DNA of 55,886 nt. It comes from Dehalococcoidia bacterium (GTDB lineage: Bacteria > Chloroflexota > Dehalococcoidia > GIF9 > AB-539-J10). The stretch spans positions 1 to 55,886 of the forward strand of contig PUON01000057.1 of the NCBI GenBank assembly GCA_003552125.1. The letters are read 5' to 3'. The notes under the pieces are model-generated. The model searched no databases. It was not told where the DNA came from and saw only the letters and a list, made by a program, of their open reading frames with translations. Shown in pieces: positions 44,658 to 54,473 of this stretch. Each line of letters begins with the position of its first letter. Within the stretch, counting starts at the first letter, position 1. The position numbers were made by a program, and so were the translations under genes.

Positions 44658-46271
44658 CTAATTGATCGGCAACGGTGACTGCGTTCCCTCCAGCATTACG
44701 GCATCCGCGGCACTGATTAACGACACGAACAGCGGGTGAGGTTGATCTGGTCGCGACCGGAACTCGGGGTGGAACTGGCATCCAATCATCCAGGCGTGAT
44801 CCCTTAATTCGACTAACACGACCGCTTCATCATCAGCGGACAACCCGGATTGGACCAGTCCTGCATTCCTCAGTTGTGGCCGGTAGTGATTATTCAGTTC
44901 AAATGCGTGGCGGTGACGTTCATAAGTAAGGCCACTTCCATATGCTGCTGCCGCGCGGGTTCCTGCTGTCAGCTTACAGGGCAAAGTGCCACGCCTCAAG
45001 CCGGAGGAATCGCCGTCGACCGTGTGGTCAATAACCGGATGTGGAGTTGAGGGCGCAAACTCCGTTGAGTGTGCGCCTTCCAATCCTGCCACATTTCGGG
45101 CGTACTCAATAACGATAGAGTGCATTCCAGAGTTAATCCCCAGAAGAGGAATACCGTGGGTGCGTGCATATTCTACGGCGATAACAAGGCCCTCAATGCT
45201 CGAATAGTGTGAGCTGCCGGGAATCACAATTCCCTGGACACTTCGCAACGGGGCTGCGTTATTCTCCGCCAGCTCGCGAGAATCCACCCAGTGAAGTACC
45301 GGCTCGCGATCGTGTTTGAGGGCCGCATGTACAATCGCTTCTCTCACGGAGTAGTATGCGTCCCACAGTCTCACGTGTTCTCCGACAACGGCGATGTGAA
45401 TTGGGTCATGCAGTTCTTTGAGGCGGTCAACAAGCGCCTGCCACTGATCGAGATCGGGTGTAGGGTTCGCAAGTCCCAATCTGTTGCAAAGATAGTCTCC
45501 AAGTCCGGCTTCTTCCAGGAGCAATGGTACCTCGTAAATAGTGTTACTCGTCTCCAGTGCGACCACGGCCTCTTTCTCGACATCGCAGAACAGCGATATT
45601 TTGTCCCGTATTGATTCGGATACCGGCAGGTCGCTCCGGCACAATATGACGTCAGGCTGGATACCAATGCGCCGCAGCTCGTTAACACTGTGCTGGGTGG
45701 GTTTGGTCTTGAGCTCCTTGGTTGCGCCAATGTAAGGCAGGAACGTGACGTGGACGTACACCACGTTGTCACGACCTTCCTCGTTGCGCATCTGACGAAT
45801 TGCCTCGAGGAAGGGCTGTCCCTCGATGTCACCTACGGTGCCGCCTACCTCTACAATGGCGATGTCAGCCTCGTTCGCATCGGCCCCACGCCGGATCAGT
45901 CGCTTGATCTCGTCCGTCAACTGGGGAACCACCTGGATCGTCCCCCCGAGGTAGTCTCCCCTCCGTTCCTTTTCCAGCAGGGCGTGGTATACCTGGCCTG
46001 CAGTGACGCTGGAGAACCTCGTGAGTTCCACTCCTACGAATCTCTCGTAATGGCCCAGGTCGAGGTCAGCGGCGGCTCCATCCTTGGTTACGAACAGTTC
46101 GCCATGTTGTGCGGGAGACATGATGCCCGGGTCCGCATTCAGGTATGGATCCAGTTTCTGCGCGCCGACAACGTAGGATCGGCTCTTGAGAATCTGGCCG
46201 AGAGATGCGACAGACACGCCCTTGCCAACCGAACTAAGGACGCCACCTGTGACGAATACGTACTTCGCCAT
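44658..46271 (-). CDS. pyrG: CTP synthase with degenerate glutaminase domain
   Basis: VFVTGGVLSSVGKG, KLDPYLN, DLDLGHYERF, EVGGTVGDIEG, KTKPTQHSV. Glutaminase motif reads GINSG instead of GICLG. Confidence 0.95.
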   Translation of the reverse strand: MAKYVFVTGGVLSSVGKGVSVASLGQILKSRSYVVGAQKLDPYLNADPGIMSPAQHGELFVTKDGAAADLDLGHYERFVGVELTRFSSVTAGQVYHALLEKERRGDYLGGTIQVVPQLTDEIKRLIRRGADANEADIAIVEVGGTVGDIEGQPFLEAIRQMRNEEGRDNVVYVHVTFLPYIGATKELKTKPTQHSVNELRRIGIQPDVILCRSDLPVSESIRDKISLFCDVEKEAVVALETSNTIYEVPLLLEEAGLGDYLCNRLGLANPTPDLDQWQALVDRLKELHDPIHIAVVGEHVRLWDAYYSVREAIVHAALKHDREPVLHWVDSRELAENNAAPLRSVQGIVIPGSSHYSSIEGLVIAVEYARTHGIPLLGINSGMHSIVIEYARNVAGLEGAHSTEFAPSTPHPVIDHTVDGDSSGLRRGTLPCKLTAGTRAAAAYGSGLTYERHRHAFELNNHYRPQLRNAGLVQSGLSADDEAVVLVELRDHAWMIGCQFHPEFRSRPDQPHPLFVSLISAADAVMLEGTQSPLPIN

Positions 46272-46348
46272 AAGAAATACAGAATCTTACCTGTGGAACA
46301 CTCCAAAAACGGAAAGAGTCGGGTGTACAGGGGAAGAACACCGGCGAA

Positions 46349-46378
46349 ATTGTAGGCACCTCTCGACTTGACTGTCAA
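46349..46378 (-). promoter_or_regulatory. sigma70 promoter of pyrG-tal-rho
   Basis: TTGACA (46378-46373), 18 nt, TACAAT (46354-46349). Confidence 0.75.
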
Positions 46379-46468
46379 GCATGTGTGACTTCCCGGATGA
46401 ACGCCTGCATCTTTCGGATGGTTCGTATACTCCGAGGCGTAGCGCGCATAGGCACGCTGGCTGTTCAG

Positions 46469-47353
46469 CTATGCGCTTAGCGAGGCACGCTCTGCGGCAA
46501 TCACGGTATGTGCCAGCAGCATCGTCACCGTCATAGGTCCGGCGCCTCCGGGTACTGGTGTAATTGCCTCTGCCTTCAGCTTCACAGCCTCGAAATCGAT
46601 ATCTCCAACCAAGCGGTATCCCTGCTTGGCTGTGGGGTCGTCAATGTAATTCGATCCGAAGTCGATGGCGATCACTCCATCCTTCACCATCTCCGCAGTA
46701 ATGAAACCGGCCTGGTTCACGGAGACCACGAGCAGGTCCGCCTGTCGGGTCATCCCAGCAATGTCGGGGGTATCTGGGTTGCACAGGGTGACGTTTGCAC
46801 CGACATCGTTGCGGGTCAGCAGGGCCGCCATCGGTTTGCCCACGAGGCTGTCCATGTTTACTATGACGGCGTGTTTCCGGCGCAAGTCGTCATGGCCGGT
46901 GCGCTTCAACATCTCCATTATCCCGGAAGGTGTGGCGGGTACAAACGACCGCTGTCCCAGCCACGAGCACCCCACGCTTTGCGGATGGAATCCGTCCACA
47001 TCCTTCTCAGGGGCCACTTCAGCCAGCACAAGCTCCTCATCGATGTGACCTGGAAGCGGAAGCTGCACAAAGACTCCGTGAACGTCTGTCCGTTGCACAA
47101 GGTCGCGCAATCGGCGAAGCAGGTGTTCCTGAGAACAGTCAGCCGGAAGATGTTGCATCTCGGCCCTCAAGCCAACTTCATTGCAGGCCTTCTCCTTGAG
47201 CCGCACGTAACTTGCGGATCCGGGATCGTCGCCGACAAGAACGCCTGCCAGCGTAGGGATGATACCCCGCGGCTCAAGCACCCTTATCCGTTCTGTCAGT
47301 TCCTGGCGAATTTCTGTTGAGAGCTTCCGGCCATCAAGTATCGTTCCAGGCAT
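46469..47353 (-). CDS. folD: FolD paralogue with atypical dinucleotide-binding motif
   Basis: SYVRLK, QLPLP, KDVDGFHP, GDIDF, TPVPGGAGPMTV. GRS motif replaced by NMD. Confidence 0.9.
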   Translation of the reverse strand: MPGTILDGRKLSTEIRQELTERIRVLEPRGIIPTLAGVLVGDDPGSASYVRLKEKACNEVGLRAEMQHLPADCSQEHLLRRLRDLVQRTDVHGVFVQLPLPGHIDEELVLAEVAPEKDVDGFHPQSVGCSWLGQRSFVPATPSGIMEMLKRTGHDDLRRKHAVIVNMDSLVGKPMAALLTRNDVGANVTLCNPDTPDIAGMTRQADLLVVSVNQAGFITAEMVKDGVIAIDFGSNYIDDPTAKQGYRLVGDIDFEAVKLKAEAITPVPGGAGPMTVTMLLAHTVIAAERASLSA

Positions 47354-47375
47354 GGTCCTTCTCCTTCACCATATG

Positions 47376-48251
47376 TTATTGAGAGGACAGCCTCTCAGCG
47401 GCGAGCACCGTGTTGCTGAGCAGTACTGCGGTGGTGACAGGTCCTGTGCCACCGGGAACCGGTGTGATGGCGCCAGCTACCTGTGACACCGGGTCGAAAT
47501 CGACATCGCCCACGAGCCGTGGCTTGTCGCTCTCGGGATCCAGTACCTGGTTCACCCCAACGTCAATTACCACGGCACCGCTGCGAATCATATCCGCAGT
47601 GATGGTCGCCGGGCGTCCCATCGCTGCGACCACAATATCGGCGGTCCTGGTGAACTGAGCCATGTCACGAGTTCCCGTGTGGCACACTGTGACCGTTGCA
47701 TTGGCCCCGGCCTGTTTCTGCATCAATATCCCGGCAAGCGGCTTGCCGACTATGTTGCTGCGACCACATATGACCACATGACGTCCCTCAGGACTGTGAC
47801 CACTGCGCACCAGCAGCTCCTTAACACCATGCGCGGTGGAGGGAAAGAAGGTGTCTTCTCCCAGAAGCAAGCGTCCGGCGCTCACAGGGTTCGTGCCGTC
47901 CACATCCTTCTCGGGCGCTATGGCGCTCTCCGCAGCGAGTGTGTCAAGGTGACGGGGAAGCGGGAGTTGCAGGATGATGCCATGGAACCGGTCGTCCTGA
48001 TTGAGGGAAGACAGCGTCTCCTCGAGTCGATCCTGCGTCACCTCCTCGGGCAGTCTGACCTCTTCGTGATGTATACCAACCGCTTCGCATCCGCGCGCGA
48101 TACCTCTCAGGTACGAGGCCGCAGCGGGGTCATCTCCCACCACGACTGCTGCAAGGCCGGGTTTCACTCCTCCGAGGTTGGCGATCCTGTCCTTCAGTTC
48201 TTCCCGAATCGAGGCTGCGATAGCGCGGCCATCAATTATTTCCGCAGGCAT
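47376..48251 (-). CDS. folD: Methylene-THF dehydrogenase/cyclohydrolase (canonical FolD)
   Basis: QLPLP, KDVDG, GRSNIVGKP, DVGVN, GDVDF, TPVPGGTGPVT. Confidence 0.94.
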   Translation of the reverse strand: MPAEIIDGRAIAASIREELKDRIANLGGVKPGLAAVVVGDDPAAASYLRGIARGCEAVGIHHEEVRLPEEVTQDRLEETLSSLNQDDRFHGIILQLPLPRHLDTLAAESAIAPEKDVDGTNPVSAGRLLLGEDTFFPSTAHGVKELLVRSGHSPEGRHVVICGRSNIVGKPLAGILMQKQAGANATVTVCHTGTRDMAQFTRTADIVVAAMGRPATITADMIRSGAVVIDVGVNQVLDPESDKPRLVGDVDFDPVSQVAGAITPVPGGTGPVTTAVLLSNTVLAAERLSSQ

Positions 48252-48441
48252 GGGTACCTCCTGTCTATGCGTCGGCCCATTCTACCACACGAGCCCTTGG
48301 ACAGCCGTGGCGACTCAGTTGCAGAAATTGCATAATCGAGAAACGCGTGTTACAGTCAGAGATCGGACTAGATCGGCACATCTCGTGCTTCCTGATGTAT
48401 CTGATTTTGCTTCCAAATACATATTTTCGGAGGACTGACGT

Positions 48442-50412
48442 ATGGCTGCTGACAAAGGGATGATGTCCATGATGGACGAGAAGAGGCTTTTTCCGCCTCC
48501 CAAGGAGTTCAGCGAAAGAGCGCACATCAAGAGCTTTGAGGAGTACCAGAAGATCTATGAACAGTCTCTGGCTGACAATGAGGGATTCTGGGCCGAGCGT
48601 GCCGAACAGATCGATTGGTTCAAGAAATGGGACAAGGTACTCGTAACGGATTTCGCCAACGCCAAGCACGAGTGGTTCGTAGGCGGCAAACTGAATGTGA
48701 CGTACAACTGCATCGATCGGCATCTCACGACCTGGCGAAAGAACAAGGCCGCGCTTATCTGGGAAGGTGAGCCGCTTAACGAGAGCAAGACGTACACCTA
48801 CCAGGAACTCTATTACGAGGTGTGTCGCTTTGCGAACGTACTCAAGAAGAACGGCGTGAAGAAGGGTGACCGAGTTACCCTTTACCTCCCGATGATTCCT
48901 GAACTGGCGATTGCGCTCCTGGCTTGTGCCCGGATCGGCGCGATCCACAGCGTTGTGTTTGGAGGCTTCAGTGCTGAGGCCCTTCGTGATCGGATTCAGG
49001 ACTGCGATTCTGAGACGGTCATCTGCTGCGACGGCTACTACCGCAGTGGCAAGATCGTAGGCAGCAAGGCGAACGCCGACGTGGCCATGGACCAGTGTCC
49101 CGGTGTCAAGCGTGCGTTCGTCGTGAAGCGGGCCGGTGTCGAGGTTCCCATGGTTGAGGGCCGCGACCGCTGGTGGCACGATGAAATGTCTGCTCCCGAT
49201 ATCACCGCTGAATGTGAGCCCGAGTGGATGGATGCAGAGGACCCACTGTTCATTCTCTACACGAGTGGCAGCACCGGCAAGCCCAAGGGCGTGCTGCACA
49301 CCACGGCGGGTTACCTCGTCTACGTAACGCAGACGTTCAAGTGGGTGTTCGACTATCGTGATGAAGATACGTATTGGTGCACCGCTGATATCGGTTGGGT
49401 CACCGGTCACAGCTACATTGTGTACGGACCGCTTTGCTCCGGTGCGACCAGCCTCATGTTCGAGGGCGTGCCTACCTTCCCGAAGCCGGATCGTTTCTGG
49501 CAGATAGTTGAGAAGTACGATGTCAACATCTTCTACACGGCCCCGACCGCGCTGCGTGCCCTGATGCGTGAGGGTGATGAGTGGGTCAACAATCGTGATC
49601 TCTCGTCCCTGCGGTTGTTGGGTTCGGTTGGTGAGCCCATTAATCCTGAGGCCTGGATGTGGTACTACACCGTTATCGGCAAGTCACGATGTCCTATTGT
49701 CGACACCTGGTGGCAGACCGAGACGGGCGGCATCCTCATTACTCCACTGCCCGGCGCGATGTCGCTGAAACCAGGTTCTGCCTCGTTCCCGTTCCCTGGA
49801 GTCGAACTGGCGATTCTGCGTGAGGATGGCAGCGAGGTTGAGACGAATGAGGGTGGATACCTTGTGATCAAGCGTCCATGGCCTGGCCTGATGCGCACAG
49901 TCTACGGCGATCCCAACCGGTTCAAAGAGACCTACTTCGTTCAGTTCCCCGGCGTGTACACAACGGGTGATGGGGCCCGCCGCGATGACGATGGCTTCTA
50001 CTGGCTGATGGGCCGGATCGATGACGTCATCAACGTGTCCGGTCATCGCATCGGGTCTGCCGAAGTTGAGAGCGCCCTGGTCTCTCATCCGAAGGTTGCT
50101 GAGGCCGCCGTGGTCGGCATGCCCCACGAGATTAAGGGGCAGGGCATCTATGCGTACGTGACCCTGAACGCGGGTGAGGAGAAGTCCGACGAGCTGAAGA
50201 AGGAACTTGTGACCCATGTACGCAAGGAAATCGGTCCCATCGCGGCTCCGGATGTTATTCAGTTCGCTGACGGGTTGCCGAAGACCCGCAGCGGCAAGAT
50301 CATGCGTCGGGTACTGGTGAAGATCGCTGCCGGCGACATCAAGGAGCTTGGCGACACGAGCACCCTTGCCGACCCGTCCGTTGTAGATGATCTCGTGCAG
50401 GGCAGGAAATAG
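48442..50412 (+). CDS. acs: Acetate--CoA ligase (AMP-forming)
   Basis: [58 protein letters not shown]. Confidence 0.96.
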   Translation: MAADKGMMSMMDEKRLFPPPKEFSERAHIKSFEEYQKIYEQSLADNEGFWAERAEQIDWFKKWDKVLVTDFANAKHEWFVGGKLNVTYNCIDRHLTTWRKNKAALIWEGEPLNESKTYTYQELYYEVCRFANVLKKNGVKKGDRVTLYLPMIPELAIALLACARIGAIHSVVFGGFSAEALRDRIQDCDSETVICCDGYYRSGKIVGSKANADVAMDQCPGVKRAFVVKRAGVEVPMVEGRDRWWHDEMSAPDITAECEPEWMDAEDPLFILYTSGSTGKPKGVLHTTAGYLVYVTQTFKWVFDYRDEDTYWCTADIGWVTGHSYIVYGPLCSGATSLMFEGVPTFPKPDRFWQIVEKYDVNIFYTAPTALRALMREGDEWVNNRDLSSLRLLGSVGEPINPEAWMWYYTVIGKSRCPIVDTWWQTETGGILITPLPGAMSLKPGSASFPFPGVELAILREDGSEVETNEGGYLVIKRPWPGLMRTVYGDPNRFKETYFVQFPGVYTTGDGARRDDDGFYWLMGRIDDVINVSGHRIGSAEVESALVSHPKVAEAAVVGMPHEIKGQGIYAYVTLNAGEEKSDELKKELVTHVRKEIGPIAAPDVIQFADGLPKTRSGKIMRRVLVKIAAGDIKELGDTSTLADPSVVDDLVQGRK

Positions 50413-50499
50413 ACCTAATAGTTGCTGAATCAGGGACGGCGGATGCACGTCAGCATCCGCCGTCTGCGTATCACGTCAATCGTAAGGAGAAGGGTGACT

Positions 50500-51069
50500 A
50501 TGACAGATACCCGGCTTGGTAATCCCGCCGTTGTCGGCTTGGCCGGATTTGGTACGACTACGCTGTTGCTCCAGTTTCACAACTTCGGGCTCTGTGGTAC
50601 GGGAGTCGTACTATGGACCGCACTCTTCTTCGGCGGACTTGCTCAGTTAGTTGCCGGACTGAAAGAGTATGGCAGCGGGAACAATTTCGGATTTGCAGCG
50701 TTCACGACGTATGGTGCATTCTGGATGGCGCTGGCGGGTATCTGGGCGGGCATGCACTACGGACTTTTCACACCGAGCACGACCGACATCGGCTGGTTCC
50801 TGGTGGCATTTACCGTTCCCACGGTCGTTTACACGCTCGGCGCACTGCGTGCCAGTTGGGCTCATTCGTTCTTGTTCGTGACACTGCTGCTGGGTTTTCT
50901 TCTGCTGGACGGGAGCTTCCTGGGTGGCGGTCAGGTGTGGCTCACGATGGGGGCGGTTGTACTCACTATCACTGCACTGACCGCGCTCTACATCATGGCC
51001 TCGATAGTGCTGGTTGATTTCGGCTACCGACTGCCACTTGGCACTGCGTGGCTGGCGAAGAAGCGATAG
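50500..51069 (+). CDS. satP: Acetate uptake transporter, SatP/YaaH/GPR1-FUN34 family
   Basis: GNPAVVGLAGF signature, FFGGLAQ, GNNFGFAAFTTYGAFW, six hydrophobic segments, directly after acs. Confidence 0.88.
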   Translation: MTDTRLGNPAVVGLAGFGTTTLLLQFHNFGLCGTGVVLWTALFFGGLAQLVAGLKEYGSGNNFGFAAFTTYGAFWMALAGIWAGMHYGLFTPSTTDIGWFLVAFTVPTVVYTLGALRASWAHSFLFVTLLLGFLLLDGSFLGGGQVWLTMGAVVLTITALTALYIMASIVLVDFGYRLPLGTAWLAKKR

Positions 51070-51095
51070 GGGCGTCCGAGGTACTTGTGATCTGC

Positions 51096-54000
51096 TTAAC
51101 GAGGGGCGTTCTCACGCCCCTCGTTTGTATTCTGCAGCAGCGTGAGCAGTAGTGAGCGCCATTTGCCGCCTGTGCGTGCCGTGTTGATGCGCACCTGTTC
51201 GTTTCCCACACGCACTGCAGGTCCGAGGTTAAGCGATACTGGTAACGCGGCCATGCGCTCCGGGACAAGGACGATGTCGCTGCCCATGCGGGTAATTGAC
51301 GTGACCCGGGCGGCAGTCGCCAGAATCCTGACCCTGGCCACATACAGAAGTTCCCGGACCGGCGGAGGTAGTGGGCCGAACCGGTCTTCGAGTTCTTCCT
51401 CCATTGCATCAACCTGCGGCACGGTCGCCGCATCGCCCAGCCTCTTGTAGAGCCCTATGCGCGCGCCCTGCCCCCTGACGTACTCCTCGGGGATGTACGC
51501 CGACACGGGAAGGTCAAGACTGGGTGCCTGCCTGCTGATCGCCGGTGCTCTCACGCCGTCAACATCAACCTGCAGGCGGCGCACTTCTTCTGCAAGTATC
51601 TGACAATAGAGCTCGAAACCGACAGCTGCAATGTGCCCGCTCTGCCTGGTTCCCAGCAGGCTGCCTGTGCCACGTATTTCGAGGTCTCTCAGGGCAACCT
51701 CCAATCCTGCGCCCAGTTCGTTTGCCTCGAATATGGTGCGAAGCCTTTTGTTCGCCTGTGGTGTCAACTCCCTGTGGCGAGGGAAGAAGAAATAGGCGTG
51801 CGCCTGGTTCCGGCCCCGTCCCACCCGACCCCGTAACTGGTAGAGTTGAGTCAGTCCCAATCGCTCCGCCTGATTGATAATCAGCGTGTTGGCATTTGGC
51901 ATGTCCAGCCCCAGTTGAATTATCGTGGTAGCCACCAGCACGTCGATTTCTTTCGCGGCAAATGCCTTCATAGTTCGCTCAAGCACATGCTCCGGCATTC
52001 GGCCGTGTGCGACCCCGAACGTGGCTTCCGGCACGAGGATCCGCAGTTCGTTTGCGACTGCATCTATAGTCTCTATGCGATTGTGCACGAAGAATGCCTG
52101 TCCGTTTCGTTCCAGTTCACGCAGGATAGCGCGCCGCACCAGTGCATTATCGTACGGTCCGATGTGTGTACGGACCGCCAGTCGTTCCTCCGGTGGCGTC
52201 TCCATTGTGGAAAGATCGCGTATCCCCGTCAGCGACATGTGCAGCGTTCTCGGTATGGGTGTGGCGCTGAGCGTCAGAGTATCCAGATTGGTGCGCATCG
52301 ATCTCAGGGATTCCTTCTGGAGCACGCCGAAGCGTTGTTCTTCATCGACGATAAGCAGCCCGAGGTCGTTGAAAGTCACATCCTTCTGAAGCAGCCGGTG
52401 GGTGCCGATGCAGATATCCACCGCGCCTGAGGCGAGACCGTCAAGCGTCTCGGACTCCTTCTCCGGCGAAGTGAATCTGCTCAGTACCTCGACACGTACG
52501 GGAAATGGGCCTAGTCTCTCGGTGAAGGTGACGTAGTGCTGCTGCGCGAGCACTGTTGTAGGCGCAAGTACGGCAACCTGTCTGCCGTCCATCACCGCCT
52601 TGAACGCGGCACGAAGTGCGATCTCCGTCTTTCCATACCCGACGTCCCCGCATATCAGCCTGTCCATAGGGCGCGGACTCTCCATATCGCGCTTCACGGC
52701 CTCAATCGCATCGGCCTGATCAGGCGTCTCTATGTAGGGGAACGAGGCTTCCATCTCACTCTGCCAGACTGTATCGCTACTGAAGGAATGACCTTCTGCG
52801 AACTGCCGCCGGGCATAGAGGTCGATGAGCTCACGGGCAAGGGAACGCGTAGACTGCCTTACCCTGTGCTTCGCGTTCTCCCACTCCGTGGATCCGAGGC
52901 GGCTCAGTGTGGGTGCATGATCGGCGCCGCCGATGTACCGAGTGACGCGGTGTATCTGGTCCGTGGGCACATACAGTGTGTCGCCACCAAGATAGGTGAC
53001 CTCAAGGTACTCTCGCTCGATCTCACCGGTGCTCAGTGTCGTGAGGCCGCCGAAGCGCCCTATGCCGTGGTCCACGTGTGCGACGAGGTCTCCCGGGTTG
53101 ATGGACAGTGAGTAGCTGGTTGGGCGTGGCCGTGTCCTGCTTGTTCGCCTCTCCTGCTTGACGAAGCCGAATACCTCCACGTCCGAGATGAGTCGCAAGG
53201 TATCCTTCTGGATCCAGCCCCTTCCGGTTGATCCCTGTACGAGCGAAACTGAGCCCGACGGGGGAACCTCATTGATGTCGGCGTTCACCGGCACGTGAAC
53301 GCCGGCATCCTCGAGCAGTTCCTGCAACCTCTGCGCCTGGAGGGAAACCAGCACGACTCTCTCCTCTCGCGTAACCGCTTGCGAGATTGAGGCGATCAGT
53401 TCGTCCATCTTCTGCACGTACGATGGGGCGGCCTGGAAGAGCGCAGGGTGTCCCTCATTCTCCGGGCTCTTCCACGGGATCAGTAGAAGTCGTCGCATCG
53501 TCCGCAGCCTTGCTTCCAACTCCGACCACGCGAGGTAGGAGGCGGTGCCGCCCCCGGACCCATGCGTTGAGCTCATGGAACCGCTATATTCCGCGAGCTC
53601 CGCATGCAGTCGCAGTGATCGTAGGCTGAGACTGTGGGGGTCCTGCAGTGCGACGAGCGTGTCGGTCGGCAGATAGTCCAGAATCGAGGCCGATTCACCC
53701 TCAGCCGAGTTTGACGTGGCGAGTGCCTCATCCACGGCACTGGTGGCTCTTTGTGAAACAGGATCGAAGAACCGAATACTGTCGATCTCATCGCCGAACA
53801 ACTCAATGCGGAACGGCTCTTCGTGAGCCGGGGAGAAGACGTCGATTATTCCTCCCCGGTTGCTCATCTCACCGCTGCGTGTCACGAACTCGACCCGTTC
53901 ATAGCCCATGCGTTCCAGTCGCTCAAGCAACGCGGTGGGGCGGGTGTTGTCGCCTCGACGCAACCGCACCGTCGCACCCGCAATGTCCTGCGGAGGGCGC

Positions 54001-54404
54001 AGCGCACCGATCATGGCGAGCACCGAGGCGACCAGCACTAATCGTGGCTGATCGCCGCTTCTCAGTGACAGGTAGCTGGCAAGCTGCGCGCGCGCGGTCA
54101 TGGCCGGACTGGAAGGGCCGTCAATGTCTGCATACGGGAAGTCCGGCTCGGGCAGGCCTCTAACCTCTGAATCCGGCGGCATCCATCCAGACAGCTCATC
54201 GCGCGCGGCCATCGCCTGCTCCGGGTCTGCAACGACGAGACAGATGGGAACCGACAGGTCATCCTGGAGCGATGCCAGCAGGTAGGGAGTCGCAGCCTCG
54301 AGGATGCCCATCTCGGCTGAGGATTGTGGATCCTCCAGTCGGTCACGTAGCTGCCGATACTCCGGTGCGCGTCTCAGCAGCGGCAGGAGTCCGTGAAGAT
54401 GCAT
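51096..54404 (-). CDS. mfd: Transcription-repair coupling factor
   Basis: UvrB-homology region, RID (VAHVDHGIGRF), GDVGYGKTE, DEEQRFG, SATPIPRTL, QLRGRVGR, DLEIRGTG. Confidence 0.97.
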   Translation of the reverse strand: MHLHGLLPLLRRAPEYRQLRDRLEDPQSSAEMGILEAATPYLLASLQDDLSVPICLVVADPEQAMAARDELSGWMPPDSEVRGLPEPDFPYADIDGPSSPAMTARAQLASYLSLRSGDQPRLVLVASVLAMIGALRPPQDIAGATVRLRRGDNTRPTALLERLERMGYERVEFVTRSGEMSNRGGIIDVFSPAHEEPFRIELFGDEIDSIRFFDPVSQRATSAVDEALATSNSAEGESASILDYLPTDTLVALQDPHSLSLRSLRLHAELAEYSGSMSSTHGSGGGTASYLAWSELEARLRTMRRLLLIPWKSPENEGHPALFQAAPSYVQKMDELIASISQAVTREERVVLVSLQAQRLQELLEDAGVHVPVNADINEVPPSGSVSLVQGSTGRGWIQKDTLRLISDVEVFGFVKQERRTSRTRPRPTSYSLSINPGDLVAHVDHGIGRFGGLTTLSTGEIEREYLEVTYLGGDTLYVPTDQIHRVTRYIGGADHAPTLSRLGSTEWENAKHRVRQSTRSLARELIDLYARRQFAEGHSFSSDTVWQSEMEASFPYIETPDQADAIEAVKRDMESPRPMDRLICGDVGYGKTEIALRAAFKAVMDGRQVAVLAPTTVLAQQHYVTFTERLGPFPVRVEVLSRFTSPEKESETLDGLASGAVDICIGTHRLLQKDVTFNDLGLLIVDEEQRFGVLQKESLRSMRTNLDTLTLSATPIPRTLHMSLTGIRDLSTMETPPEERLAVRTHIGPYDNALVRRAILRELERNGQAFFVHNRIETIDAVANELRILVPEATFGVAHGRMPEHVLERTMKAFAAKEIDVLVATTIIQLGLDMPNANTLIINQAERLGLTQLYQLRGRVGRGRNQAHAYFFFPRHRELTPQANKRLRTIFEANELGAGLEVALRDLEIRGTGSLLGTRQSGHIAAVGFELYCQILAEEVRRLQVDVDGVRAPAISRQAPSLDLPVSAYIPEEYVRGQGARIGLYKRLGDAATVPQVDAMEEELEDRFGPLPPPVRELLYVARVRILATAARVTSITRMGSDIVLVPERMAALPVSLNLGPAVRVGNEQVRINTARTGGKWRSLLLTLLQNTNEGRENAPR
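51098..51127 (+). terminator. Terminator hairpin after acs-satP, lying inside the 3' end of mfd
   Basis: 12-bp stem AACGAGGGGCGT (51098-51109) / ACGCCCCTCGTT (51114-51125), 4-nt loop, followed by TGT. Confidence 0.7.
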
Positions 54405-54415
54405 TCGCGAGCCGC

Positions 54416-54466
54416 AGTATAGCAGGATTGCAGCCTGTGGTTGTTACACGAGGCCACTGCTATAAT
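54416..54466. promoter_or_regulatory. Back-to-back extended -10 promoters of mfd and proB
   Basis: Minus strand TGcTATACT (54424-54416); plus strand TGcTATAAT (54458-54466). Confidence 0.7.
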
Positions 54467-54473
54467 TCCTGAC

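Noticed and set aside
46367-46379. Palindrome CTTGAC-T-GTCAAG
   Set aside because: Explained largely by the pyrG -35 hexamer. It is short, with different spacing from the rpsU palindrome, so it is not taken as a shared operator.
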